Positions 35,836-47,986 of a stretch of DNA of 64,000 nucleotides are shown one piece after another. The translations under genes were made by a program, and so were the position numbers. The notes under the pieces are model-generated. The model saw only the letters and a program-made list of their open reading frames with translations. It had not been told where the DNA came from and did not search any database. The stretch spans positions 530,753-594,752 of the forward strand of contig JAIVFI010000029.1 of NCBI GenBank assembly GCA_025558095.1. Reading direction: 5' to 3'. Source of the DNA: Hyaloraphidium curvatum SAG 235-1. Lineage: Eukaryota > Fungi > Monoblepharomycota. Numbering within the stretch: the first letter of the stretch is position 1; every line of letters starts with the position of its first letter.

Positions 35836-37064
35836 ACGTGGACTGGGCTCGTTCGCTCGTTCGTGGGTATCTGCTATCTGATTACTTGGCTACATTGCGC
35901 TGCTAGAATGCCGGAAGTGACATCTGAGCGCCCAGAAAGAAGCCAACTAAATTCCAAGTCACGAGTCCGCTGCGGGCACGCCAGGCGGTGGGCCATTCCG
36001 GTCCGAGTTCAAGCCCCCGACGCATACGACAACCTCGAATGGCAAAGTGCTGCCGCGAATGCCTCCGAAATGCTCAAGAAGCACATAGGCACGGGCGCAC
36101 CGCACCGCACCGGGTCCGAGATAACCAGATAGCGGCATTGTTCGTCTTCCGGCCTTCCGCCGGCGCCTACGACGAGCATCAGAGTGGCAGCAGCATCGCC
36201 GGCGGCCCGGCATGCTGCGGATGCCTGCGCTGCGCGGGCCTGCCCGGCGCGGGCGACCACGACGGGCGGCGGAGCGGGACGCCCAGCGCGCGGTGCGGCA
36301 GCGGGGCGGCGGGCGGGGCGGGCGCCGGGCGGGGCGGGTGGGAGTGTGCGGCGTCCATGGCGGGTGGCGGTCGGTGTCGGGAAGAGCGGAAAGCGAGCGA
36401 GTTGGTTCGAGTCCTTGAGTCAAGGGTGGAGTCAGGATCCAGAGAGTCACGAATTACGTCGGTCTGGCTGTGTTGCCGTTCGCACACCTCGCGCGGAGGT
36501 GGAACGCAAAGACGAACACGGTTGCTTTAGGACGCTCCGGAAAGCGGAGAGATCGCGACTCTGGTCGTTCGGACCCCCGTCGATTCGCCCACTCACCTTG
36601 CTGGTTCTCCCGTCCCGGGGTCTCGCCGCCGATCTCGCTCACTCGTGCCGAACTGCACGTCCGACACAACTAGGAGACGCCAAGAGGAAGGGCCAGGTTC
36701 CAACCGGCGTGTTTCATCGCGGCTTTAACGGACGGGCGGCGAAAATGCGGAAGAGGTCCCTCCGCGAGCAGCTGGTCTGGTCGTCGTGCTAGGGATCCAG
36801 ATTGCAGATTCATTGCCAAGAAAGGTACAGAAGAGCCAGGCAGTTCACAAGATGTCAAGTTCCGGATCCGAGCACGGCGCCAGAATCGGTCCGTGGTCCG
36901 AGTCCGGGGCCAGGATCGGCCCGTGCAGTACCTCCTCCTCCCTCGCGGCGCGGCCCGGGCTTGCCGCCTTCTCCGACAGCTTGGACCGGCTCGGAGAGCC
37001 CCGCGGGCTGCTCCGCTTCGCGGTCGGGAAGAACCCATCGATCGTGCCCTGCCGCGGCAATCGC

Positions 37065-37757
37065 TCAGCAACGGCCCCACCGCACGCCTCGCCGCGGACA
37101 ACCCACCTTCGCCCTGTCGACCATCACCCTGAACGGTCCCTCCCCCACCCTCCTCCCCTCCTCCACGCACGCAAACACCCACTCCCCGCCGACGACCTCC
37201 ACCCCCGACCTGCTCCTCCCGAGCCGCTCCCACTTGCCCGCCGCCAGCCTTTCGCACAGCACGTGCGTGACCCGGCCGTCCAGCGCCATGCTCATCCTCC
37301 CCCCCTCGCGTTCGACGAGGTGGCGGAAGGACATGTCGGTGTGGTTCCGTCCCGCGAGGCACGACAGCCGTCCCGCGACGTGGAACACGAGGCCCGCGAA
37401 CAGCCCGGCGCCGGACAGCGCGCGCTCGGCCGCGGCCCGGGCGCGCTTCCCGTGCAGCGCGTCAAAGTACCCTTTGCCGTCTTCCCCGGCCGTCTTTTTC
37501 GCCCCCTTGGTGCCCCCTTTGCCCCTGTCGATCCTCCTCCCAACGTCCAGCTGGCGCCCGTTGGCGGGGTTGCAGTACAGATCCGAGCCGAACCCCGACG
37601 CAAAGTGCGGCTCGGGCTGCTTCCATTTCGCCTTGAAGGGCGGCGGAGGCGGCCGGGCCTTGGGGAAGCCGACGTCGCCGAGCGTCCGCTGGAGGGACGC
37701 GGGTCCCGGGCCGGCGGGGGCGGCGGGGGGCGGCGCCGCCCGCGGGGGCGTTGCCAT
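37065..37757 (-). CDS. Stand-alone BRCT-domain protein (Rev1-BRCT-like)
   Basis: LFAGLVFHVAG..LVEREGG..VTHVLCERL..VVGGEWVFACVEEGRRV matches the BRCT pattern. Confidence 0.75.
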   Translation of the reverse strand: MATPPRAAPPPAAPAGPGPASLQRTLGDVGFPKARPPPPPFKAKWKQPEPHFASGFGSDLYCNPANGRQLDVGRRIDRGKGGTKGAKKTAGEDGKGYFDALHGKRARAAAERALSGAGLFAGLVFHVAGRLSCLAGRNHTDMSFRHLVEREGGRMSMALDGRVTHVLCERLAAGKWERLGRSRSGVEVVGGEWVFACVEEGRRVGEGPFRVMVDRAKVGCPRRGVRWGRC

Positions 37758-37902
37758 GCGCTGGAAGATAGGCAAGGAGAGGCCGGAGGTAGCCCGATGG
37801 AGGGGAAGAGCCGGGGAAGGCGCCGCGTGACTGTTGTTTGGCCGACTCGGCCCGACCGGCGACTCCTCAAAGCGACCCCGGAATTCCGGCACCGCCGCCG
37901 CG

Positions 37903-39273
37903 ATGCCGCCCAAACCCAAGAAGAAATCCAAGGAGGAGCTCGAAGCCGAGCGGCTCGCCGCCGAAAAGGCCGCCAAGAAGGCCGCCGCCGAGGCCGCACG
38001 CAAGAAGGCGGAGGCGAAGGAGCGCAGGAGGCGGGAAAAGGCCGAGGCGGAGGAGCGGAGGAGGAGGGAGGAGGAGGAGAGGAGGGCGAGGGAGGAGGAG
38101 GTGCGTCGCCGGGGGTGGCAGGGGTTTGGGACGGGGATGACCGGGCCCGGCAGGAACGGAGACGGGAGGAGGAGCGGCTTTCGGCCCTCAACGGACCGCT
38201 CGTCGACCCCGAGTGGGCCGAGATCCGACGACAAGGTACGGCTTCTCGCCATTTCTGTCCTTTCCGCTGCTCACGCCGCGCGCAGACCGCGTCGCCGCCC
38301 TCCGCGCAAACATCTCCTCGCTGCTCCGCGGAACCCGCCTCGCCCTGGAGCACAAGGACCGCCTCCTCGACTCGCTGGCCTCGCAGTACGACGCCGCGGA
38401 CGCGCAGCACGCCGAGCTGCACGCACAACACCTGGTCCGCCTCGAACGGCTCCGCGGGGAGCACCTGGCCCGGATGGCCTCCCAGCAAAAGCACTTTGTC
38501 GGCGTCGAGGGGGAGATGGCGCGGCAGCGGTTCGCCGAAGCCGCAGCCCGCGTGAGGGAGCAGGGGCGGCGCCTGGTGGGGCGGCGCGGGGGGGAGCACG
38601 CGGCGTGGAGGGCTGCGCAGGCGGCCGCCGAGGAGAGGAGGGAGGAGGAGCGGCTCGCGAGGATCACGGAGCGCCGCGAGAACGTGGGTTCCTCGGCCTC
38701 CCTGCCTTGCGCGGGATTGCGGGGTCAACCGGCCCGGAACAGCTCCTGCAGGCGTACCACACCGCGCGGCTTTCCCTCCTCTCGCAGCTGCAATCCGTCC
38801 GCGCCCACGCGCTGCAGCTGGCCAGCGACCACGATGCGTCCACCGGCGCGCAGCGCGCCGAGTGCGAGTCCATGCGGGCGAGGCTGGAAAAGCTCGAGGG
38901 GGAGCTTGCAGAAGCCGGGGAGAGGGAGGCGAGGGTCAGGAGGGCGTGCGACGCTGCGGGGAGGAGGTTGGAGGGGATCACGGGGGAGAGGATGGGGAGG
39001 CCGGGGACCGCGGGGACCGCGGCGAGGGTGGGGTCGGCGGGGAGCGACAAGACGGGGCGGGCGGGATCGGCGGGCAGTTCGGGTGCAGGGGAAGGGGATC
39101 TGGAGGAGCAGCACCGGGAGGGCGAGCTGCAGCCGCTGCCTGCCTCACCGCGGCACAACAAGTCGAGGTTCGACGAGGCCGAGTTTGCGGATTTGAAGCG
39201 TCAGGTCGCCGAAGTCGCTGCGCGCAACATCGAGCTCCGCCGGGCCCTCGAATGCCGGAGACCTTCCAGATAG
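37903..39273 (+). CDS. Coiled-coil protein of unknown function, multi-exon
   Basis: MPPKPKKKSKEELEAERLAAEK..; E/R/K-rich heptads; GT..AG introns near 38100, 38235 and 38685. Confidence 0.55.
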   Translation: MPPKPKKKSKEELEAERLAAEKAAKKAAAEAARKKAEAKERRRREKAEAEERRRREEEERRAREEEVRRRGWQGFGTGMTGPGRNGDGRRSGFRPSTDRSSTPSGPRSDDKVRLLAISVLSAAHAARRPRRRPPRKHLLAAPRNPPRPGAQGPPPRLAGLAVRRRGRAARRAARTTPGPPRTAPRGAPGPDGLPAKALCRRRGGDGAAAVRRSRSPREGAGAAPGGAARGGARGVEGCAGGRRGEEGGGAAREDHGAPRERGFLGLPALRGIAGSTGPEQLLQAYHTARLSLLSQLQSVRAHALQLASDHDASTGAQRAECESMRARLEKLEGELAEAGEREARVRRACDAAGRRLEGITGERMGRPGTAGTAARVGSAGSDKTGRAGSAGSSGAGEGDLEEQHREGELQPLPASPRHNKSRFDEAEFADLKRQVAEVAARNIELRRALECRRPSR

Positions 39274-39354
39274 ATAGACAACTAGAATGACATCGACGAT
39301 AAGTCAGCCCTATGCACGTTCCGCCCCGCCCGCGCATCCCTTCTCCACCTGTCT

Positions 39355-41350
39355 CTAGTCCAACACCTCCTCCCCCGGCTCCAGCACCCCCGTCCCGATC
39401 CCCTCCCCCGCCCTTCTCAGCCTCTCCTCCGTCACATCCGCCAGCTCCGCGGTCCCGCTCCCCCTCCTCCCAACGTGCACCGGCGAGTCCAGCGCCTGCC
39501 GCCGGAGCCGCTCCTCCGTCAGTTCGGCGAGATCCGAGACGTTGCTCCCGCGGCGGCCGATGGTCAGCCTGTGCGCGGCGGGGTTGGCCAGGCGCGCGGA
39601 CTGCGGGGATGTGGGCTCGCGGTCGCCCGGGGGCGGGGTGGGCAAGGAGCCCGCGGTGTCGACCGCCGGCCTGCCGGGTGCGGGCTCGGGCTCCGGGCCG
39701 AGGATGTCGTCCGCGTGGCTGACGAGCACCTCGGTCTCGGTCTCGCCGGGGGTCGGGGGACGGTCCCGGCCTTCCCAGACGCGGCGGAGGTACTGTGCGA
39801 GGTGGCGGTCGGTGCCGGTGGAGTGGTTCGTGAACCTGTGCGGGTGCGCATCCAGTCAGCACGGGCGACACGCGGCGCCCGCCGGCAGGGGCGACCCACC
39901 AATCGACGAGGAAGATCTGGATCTGGAACACGTTGAAGGACGGCTCGTGCTCCCCGCTCTCGATCTGCGCCTTCATCAGCAGGAAGTACTCAATGAAGCT
40001 CCTGTGCTCCCGCACGTGCTCGAAGGTGAACGGGTAGCGGTACCGGAGCATGTACCCGTACTCGGTGCCAAAGTGCTCCTTGGCGTACTGCGCCAGAAAC
40101 CCGAGGATGCGCGAGACCGAGGCCGTGTCGCCGTCCTCGACGTGCGGGGCGAGCTCGTTGATGTGGTCCAGCAGGGTGTGGTGCTGCTCGTCCATCTTTT
40201 CCACGCCCAGGACAAACTCCGTGGTCCAGGGGGTGGTCCCCGCCACGAGCTCGCCGGTGGTTTCCCAGGCGCCGCCGGCGAGGGTGCGCTCGCACCGCGC
40301 GACGTAGGCCAGCGCCGCCGGGTCGTCGGGGGCGCGGGAGAGGCATTCCCGGAACAGCGAGAGCGCGTGGTCGACCTCCTTCATGTGGTACAGGCCGACG
40401 CCCTTTTCAAAGGTGCCGCGGGTGGCGATCTTGGCCGAGCGGAGCGGTTCCGGGTCCGTCTCGAAGACCTCGTAGATGCTCTGCGGGTGGGCCTTGCCCT
40501 TGACCCGGAGGCGGTCCATGTACCGCGTAGTGACGCCGGGAGCTTTCCCAAGAGAGTACATCGTGGCCTCCGATACCAGCAGGGGCACGCCGTACACCTT
40601 GGTCGCCGATTCGAGCCGCGAGGCGAAATTGACCGCGTCCGAGACCACCGTGACGTCCTTGCGCGCGCCGCCGCCGATGGTGCCGACGGCAGCCGCGCCG
40701 GTGTTGATTCCGATGCCGATCCGCACGGGTTCGAGGCCCAGCTCCGACCGGCCGACGTTGTAGCGCTGCAGCGCGCGCAGCATGGCGCACCCGGCGGCGA
40801 TGGCGTCGTCCCCGCCCCCGGGGTGCTTCTCCGAGCCGGGGAAGAGCGCCATGATGGCGTCGCCGACGTACTTGTCGACGAACCCGCCGGCGTTCTCGAT
40901 GCAGGGCTCGAGGATCCCCAGCAGCGAGTTGACGAAATCAAAGGTGTCCGCGGGGGTCAGGGACTCGCACGTGGCGGTGAAGTTGCGCACGTCGCAGAAC
41001 ATGACGGTGAGCTTCCGTTCCGCCGAGTCGCCCAGCCTGAGGCCGGTGATGTCGGTTTTGCCCAGCATCTCGACGAACTGCTGCGGGACGAACTCGCGGA
41101 CGGCCCGCTCGAGCCGCCGCGCCCGCTCGGCCGCCAGCCGCTCGCCCGCGCGCGCGGCCTCGATCTCCTCGGCGAGCTTGGCCGCGGCCTCCGCCGACAG
41201 CGGCGCGCCGACCTCCGCGCCGGCCGCCCGCAGCGCCGCGAGCGGGTCGGCGCCGCCGCGCTCCTCCGGCTGCGGCGTGCCCGGCTGCGGCGTGCCCGCG
41301 CGGGACGGCGACCGCCCGAGCGAATTAAACAGCCCGCCGAGGAACGACAT
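39355..41350 (-). CDS. Class III adenylyl cyclase + TPR-like hairpin + hemerythrin domain; intron 39836-39899
   Basis: VMFCDVRNFT, VDKYVGDAIMALF, RIGIGINTG, DVTVVSDAVNFASRLES, VKGK. Then GVEKMDEQH, HFGTE, HVREH and W|FTNHSTGTD hemerythrin ligands. Confidence 0.9.
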
Positions 41351-41904
41351 GGCGCGGAGCGGGGCTGCCGGGTGGCCCTTGTGACTCGTCCCAGGATTCG
41401 CGCCACCTGCGTCATTCGTCACTAGGGACCTCCATCCTCCGCGCCCCACGCCGACGTGACCTCATCCGAAGAAAGTCGGTTTCCCGGTGCCATTGCATCG
41501 GACCGAGACGGGCATTATCGATAGGCGCTCGGACAGGGACCTCGGACGACGGCACGTCGGTCCCCGTGCTCGAGCCGTCCTTTCGCGCCTCGCCGCACCG
41601 CTGCCCGCCGTCCGCCCTTGTGGTCCCCCAAACCAAATCATGTGGACATCTAGTGCCGCTTTGTGCCCTTCCCAGACGGGATCCGCCGATCGACATGCAC
41701 CGTCACCTCGCCTCCCTGCTGAAGCCGCGTATGGGTCAACCTTCCAACGACGACCTCCTCCGAGCACACACGATAAGTCCAAATGAAAACGACATGAGAT
41801 GAACTATTGACCCCAAATGGCTGTACATTGCGAGCCGACGACTTCATGGGCCCGCTTTTGCGTTCCAAGCCTGCTTTCCAAACCCAAGGCCTGCACCCCC
41901 CACC

Positions 41905-42965
41905 TCAAAGCTTGCTGGCCTTTCCCGACGACGACGTGGCACTGGCGGCGATCGGCACCCCCGCCCTCGCCCCCTCCGCCGCGGCCCTCTGCCTCTCGAT
42001 CTCCTTGGGCGTGCGCGACTCGAGCGACGACCAGGCCACCTCGTCGGGCGCCATGAGAATCTGCTGCGGGAAGCCCTGCAGCATGTGCGGCGCGTCGGGC
42101 CTGTCGGCGGGCTGCGGCACGGGCGCGGGGGGCTGCACGTAGGGGGCCGGGTTCTTGAAGCGCGCGAGCTCCTCGTCGCTGATGCCGGCGAGCGTGCGGA
42201 CCTCCTCGTCGATCCACTCCTCGGCGTTGATGTTGCTGCCCGTGGCGACCTCGAGGGCGAGGTTCTCGGGGCCCGCGAAGTAGATCTGGCGTGCCGGGTC
42301 CGGTGAGGACCAAGCGCCCGACGGCAGCGGGCGGGGAAACCCACCGACTGGCACATCCCGTGGTTGATGGGTCCCAGCACCTGGATCCCCCTCGACCTGA
42401 TCCTGTTGCGCATGGCCACCAGCTCCTCCAGCGAATCGACGTTGAGCGCCAGGTGGGCCATGCTCCCCGCCGTCACGTTGCCCGCGGGCGAGACCGCGTG
42501 GGTGACGCCGGGGATGGGCTTGTCCGGGTTGTTCTCGTGCTGCTGGAAGGCGATGCAGCACGAGGGGGAGAGCTCGAGGAAGGCGTGGAAGGTGTTTTCG
42601 ACGCCGTGCATCCTGAGAATGGGGCGGCGGTCAGCAAGATACTCCTGCGCAACGATGTACAAGCGGCTAGAGACGAGAGAACGGGTTCGGGCTTGCCGTT
42701 CGACCCGGGGGCCGACGGTCAGGCGCCTGCCGGACCGGGAGACGCCGCACGGAGTCCGTCTCCCAGTCCCCCCCTCGCCGCCAGACGCCCTGGGACCCCC
42801 GCCCAAAGATGCCAGACGTCTCCCAAGGCCACCGGAACCCCACCAGTAGAGCGCCTTGAGCTTGGCACCGAGGACGTCGGTGAAGAAGGCAATCTGCTCC
42901 TTCACGTTCCGGGTGCCGATTGCGAGGTGGTGCACCCCGTTGGGACGGAGGTTGGGGTTGACCAT
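41905..42965 (-). CDS. VOC/glyoxalase-family metalloprotein ending in PTS1 (SKL), 3 exons
   Basis: GVHHLAI..FFTDVLG, HLALNV, HGMCQS|IYFAGPENLALEV; C-terminus GKASKL*. Confidence 0.85.
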
Positions 42966-43980
42966 GTTTTCCGGCGGCTTCGCAGAGGCGGGGGAGGGTC
43001 TGCCGGGCGCGGGGCGAGGGAGTTCAGGAGCGGAGGGAGCGGGTGAACTTGCTCTCGCCTCCAGCCCCTTGCCCCCGCGCACAGCCGCGGCTTTGCGTGC
43101 GGCCAGGACCTTCCGGACATGCACGCTCTTTCTAGTTTCCGACGAATCCGCTCGCTGGGCAACATATGCCGTTTGGGACGGTAGGGCAGCGCAGCGGTCC
43201 CCCCTGTCCGCGCTGTCTCTCATTCTGGCTGATGCGGTCGGCGGAGCCGCGGTTGCCGCCCCACGACCCGGACGCGCGAGGAGCTGGCGATCGGGATCGG
43301 CTTCAACGTGTCCAGGAGCCCTGAAAGTAGACGGCGCGAGCAACTGAAGGCCGCCGGCGTCCTGAAGCGCCGGCGCCGTCCGTGCTTCCCGCACCGTCCG
43401 TCCTTCCCGCGCACGCCAAACTGCGCCCTGCCCCGCCGCCAAAACCCCTGGCCGTGTACAGCGAGGAAACCGTTCCTTTGGCCGCGAATGATGTATGCTT
43501 GGTGTGCTCGGATTCAGGCCAGCTCCTTGGTGTCGCGATCACTCATGCAGGCACTTGACGGCGCCAGACGGGCTCTGGCGCCGGCGCTTCACCGATGCGA
43601 TCGCGGCGCCAAGGTCGATCGCGTGCCAGCGACGGCGACCTGCGAAACATCCTGTGGGCCCACCGGAGAAGTGGGTCGACTGGCGACAGGGGCCGTCGTC
43701 CGTACGCCTTTCCTTGAAACGCGCGAAAGCAACCAGATCTCTTTCCCAGGCCGCTGCTATGCGGGCCATCCATCCCCCTTGCAGCGCCACTTCAACGCTG
43801 GTGCCAGCATCGGCCCGGCGAGGGATTCAGGAAGAACGCGTTCTGCGGCATCGGCCTCCACCGACGCCGGTCCGTTCCCGTCTGTCCGCCGCCCACGCCT
43901 CCTCGGTCCCGGCTCCACGTCCTCTCCATCTCGCCGCCTGGGGGTCCGGCGCCGATGCCGCGCCCCTCCCATCTTCGATC

Positions 43981-45330
43981 CTGGCGTGGGATTCTATGCG
44001 GACGATGGGGGCGTCGCGCAACGCCTCCGCCCGGGGCACAACCACGCCAGCTCCGCTCGTGAGTGTCCGCTGCACGGATTCGGGTCCACGAATGGCGGGC
44101 GAGCAGGATGGTGTCACGATCGTGCTCAGACGATCGTCCCCGGTGCTGGTTGGCGCCGGCGGGTCCCAGCTGCGGTCGCGGCTCCAGACTCGGTTCCCCG
44201 CGGCGACTGGCGCTGCCGTCCTTGAGTTACGGGTCGCACCGAGCCCAATCCTGGCGGCAGCCGACGAAGAGCATTGTGTGGCATCGGCGTTGCGACGCCA
44301 GCCCGCTCAAGTCCGTTGGCCGCCGCCTGGCCTTCGCGAAAGATTCCGTGTCGACGTCCGTCCCATGCGTGGTTCTGATCTCGGGTCTGGCTCACCGACG
44401 GCGACAATAGGCACTGGGAACGGCCTGCCCCGCAAAGCAGGCCGGAGATCGAGCCGCCGGGTGCCGCCGTCCGAGTGGATTCGCGGATCGCGGGAAGATG
44501 TCCGATGCTTGCAGCCCGGTCCAGTGACTGGCTTCCGATCGAGACATCACCCGATCGCGAAGCAACCGCGGCGGTGGTTTTCAAACGGAGCAGGCCTGGT
44601 CGCCAGAGTTGACTGGCGACCGTCCGCTCCCGTACAGGAACCACCGCCCCCGGTCCTGGCCCCGATCCAGAGTCCAAATTGTCGGGACATGCACTCGGCT
44701 GCAGCGATCGCGCCGAGGAGGTGCTGGTGGGGTGTCATGCAAAGGCTCCTGATCGGGGGCATCTCCCGACGCCCCCGCCGGTCGCCTTAGCCCCGCCAGC
44801 TCCTCGCGTCCCGGACGCGATGGTTCCGGTCGATGATAGCCGAAATAGTTGATCGTGACGGCGGATGCGGCCGTAGTTCTGGCGGCGGACCGTCAAGTGG
44901 CAGGGATCGGCGTCTGCGTCGTCGAGGCCGGTCCGCTCCCCCGCTGAAGGCCGCCGCCTGACCTCCTCGGTCCGATCCCGCCGGGTCCGACGCCATTGCC
45001 CACCCGTCCCATGCGCGTCCTCGCATCGCAGCGCCCATAAGTGATCCTGGCCGTCCGGGCCGGTGCTGGCGGGGGCATCGAAACTCAGTTCATCGGGGGG
45101 CTTCTCGCGACGTCCCCTGCTAATCGATCACCACCGCCAGCACCGCCGATGTACCTAACTGGTGTGCCCAGTTCGTCACCCAGTTATTCGTCGACCCTGT
45201 TCTACGGACGCCGAGAAGAGTCCCGCGGATGCCGCGAGCGGACTGGGTTCACCGGTACATACGCCGGCACCGTCCGGCGCCGGCGTGCTGCATCTCCGTC
45301 CGCCCGCGGCCCTCGGCTGTGGCACCTCTG
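43981..45330. repeat. Diverged direct repeat, copy 1 (probable decayed minus-strand gene)
   Basis: Colinear with 47987-49490; for example AGCTGCGGTCGCGGCTCCAGACTCGGTTCCCCG and CCAGAGTTGACTGGCGACCGTCCGCTCC are shared. Confidence 0.85.
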
Positions 45331-45933
45331 GCACAGGTAGCAAGCGCCATTATGACCTTCCTCGGCATGTCGGCATCCGCCGGCGCCCGCACGTCGCGCC
45401 GCGGCTCCCAGCTTCCTGGCTCTCGGCAGGCAGCGCCATCTTGTGTACTGAGGGCGCCGGTGGGGGAGCGAACATGGTGAACTCCCGGCACGCACCGGGA
45501 GCTCGCCCGACGTCCCTCGCCGGCTCCCTCCCGAAACCGCCCTGCGAGGAGCGTTCGCCTGGGAGCAATATGGTTGGCCTGTCCGATTCATGCCGGTGGT
45601 GCCGGCAGCTGTCCTGCTGGGGAACTCCCATCTGCGACGGCAGCTCCGTAGCGGCGATGCTGCCGGCCCCGTCCTCGTCCCGTCCCTTTCGCCGTCCGCT
45701 CAGCGTCGTCCGGAATGCGATGGCGCCGGCACGCGCTTCCTTCTTGCTGTTGCGCTCGTCCCGTTTGGGTCGAGCGCATGGGCGGAAGCGGGCCGGCGCC
45801 GTCGTCCGTTCCGCCGGGATCGATGACCTGTCGCGGGCTTCCATAACGCCCGCCACCCCGTGCACCTCCCTGAGCTCTGCGCCGGGCGCCTATGTCTAAC
45901 CCCCTTCTGGTGAAGCGTTTAACGATGCCGCCA

Positions 45934-47288
45934 TTAAATCATGATGATGCGATAATGTACAGAGCTCCATAACCCCAATCCGCCCCACGCCCCTCCAGCG
46001 CTCGATCCTCCTCTGGCCGAACCCTCAAAGCACCGCCCTGCACACCGCGCACGCATCCCTGCTCTCCAGCATCCTCCCCGCGCAGGCGTCGTGGTACAGA
46101 TGCCCGCACGGGAACCTTGCCGCGGGCCCGCGGATCCCGGCGAGGCAGATCGGGCAGGTGTCACCGTCGGAGGCGGGGGAGGGGAGGATGAGGGAGAGCT
46201 GCGCGGGGGTGGCGCCGGCGGTGTTGTCCGTGCCGAGAACGATGAGGAGGTCTGCGGGGGAACCAAGGTGAGCGGCGGAAGGGATGGGGCGGCGGGGGGC
46301 GCGACGGACTGAGGAAGTGGGTGGAGGGCAGGGCGAGGGAGAGCAGCACCGCGGCGGGGGCGAGCTCGATCATCAGGGCGATCTTGGCGGTGATCTCGAG
46401 GGCTCTGCCCGATTCCTGGAAGGGAGCGGGGAGGTGAGGCGCCGATAGGCTGGATCGGCGAGCGGATGGACGCACGCAGGGCGTGGTGCCGAAGAAGATG
46501 ATCCCGACCCCTACGGCGCTGCCAATGCCATTCACGAGCGAGAGGATGGCGACGAGGCTGATGACGTTGAGCATGGTGTGCAGCCTGCGGGCGACAACGA
46601 TCAGCGCCCCTTTCCGTGCAGATCTCCCGCACATTCCGGCGCACCTGTCCCGCATCGCCCATGCCATCGTTCCCATCCCCCTCGCCGGCATCAGCATCCC
46701 CAGCAACCCCCAAAGCAGTCCCAGCAGCCCCGCACCCGCGGCCTTGAACGCCGCGTATGGCCCGAGCATGCCGCCGCATCCCTCTCCAGCATCGGCAGCA
46801 AGCGCGTAGGCGAAGGCCGCGCAGGTGGAGAGGTAGGCGAGGGAGAGGAGGAAGGCGATGATCTTGAGCGCCGTCCAGGCGGTGGAGCGGGGAGGGAGCT
46901 GCTCGTGCGAGCCGAACGGGCCGATCGTCGTGGCAGACGTGGCGCGCGTGAGGGCGGGCGGCGCTTCGGGGACTTGGTCTTCCGCCGACATGTCGAGACC
47001 GGCTCCAGGGCCGTGGGTTCCCTCCGCGGCGGGCACTTCGGGGGAGTTCGCACCGTCGCCGCTCGCGGCCTCGGCGTCGCCCGTCCCGCTCCCGTCCGCG
47101 CCGACGTCGCCCTGTCCGCCCTCCGGAAACACGCTGCTGGAGAAGCTGCGCGAGGCGCCGCCGAGGGCGCGCGCCAGTCCGCGCACCGCGAACACAGAGG
47201 AGCCCGGCCGCGGAGGGGCGCGCGCGGGCGTCACGGCGGAGGGCGCGAGAGCGCGCAGTGGGACGGCGGGCTGCGAGGGCGCGGGCAT
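45934..47288 (-). CDS. Hypothetical multi-pass membrane protein, multi-exon
   Basis: Disordered N-terminus followed by about 4 hydrophobic helices (LKIIAFLLSLAYLS.., GLLGLLWGLLGML, VISLVAILSLV..IIFFG, IALMIELAPAAVLLSLAL). The 3' end is uncertain. Confidence 0.55.
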
Positions 47289-47986
47289 GGTTGAAAGGGA
47301 TGTGGCGCGCGTCGGGGGGTGTGCGAGTCGGTGGGAGGGGGGGCGCTGCGCACGGTCGGCGTGTGTCCGCTGGTGACGGCGCCCCGACTCGATAGCCGGC
47401 TGACCGATGAGGTCACCGCTCCCAATGGACAGGCATCTCCGCGGATCCGGGCATCCAAGAGCAGACATCAGCCGAACGCATAGCTTTTTTTCTGCAATCG
47501 ACCTCCGAAATCCATTTACTGCGGTTCTGCCCCCGGGATCACGGCGGCCCGGAGCCCCCTTCCGCGCGCCCGACCGAAAGGCGTCGAGCTTGTCAAACCT
47601 TCGTAGCCGCTCCTTCCAGTCCCGGTTCACCCACGTCCGTTTGTGACACCGTTTCCGCGGTCGGCCCAGATGGAGCTGGTGGGTCGTTGCACCGCCTGAA
47701 TGGAGGGCGTCTGGTAGCACTCTTTACCAGGCCGAGTCCCGCCAGCTCCCTCCGTGACTCAGAACATCCGCGTCGTAGACGCAGTCCATGACACGGGATA
47801 TAGTCCCCTGTCCCACGCCCTGGTGCCGTGATCTCTGAGATTGCAGCCGTTCGCCGGCACCATCAAGCGCCGGTGGTCCGCCGTGTCCAGGTCCGATCGC
47901 GGCATCTTAAATCAACCGCCGCTCCCGACCTTCGCCCTTTATGGCGTCCGACGTCAGGCAACGTGCGAGGGCGTGAACGCGAGGTG

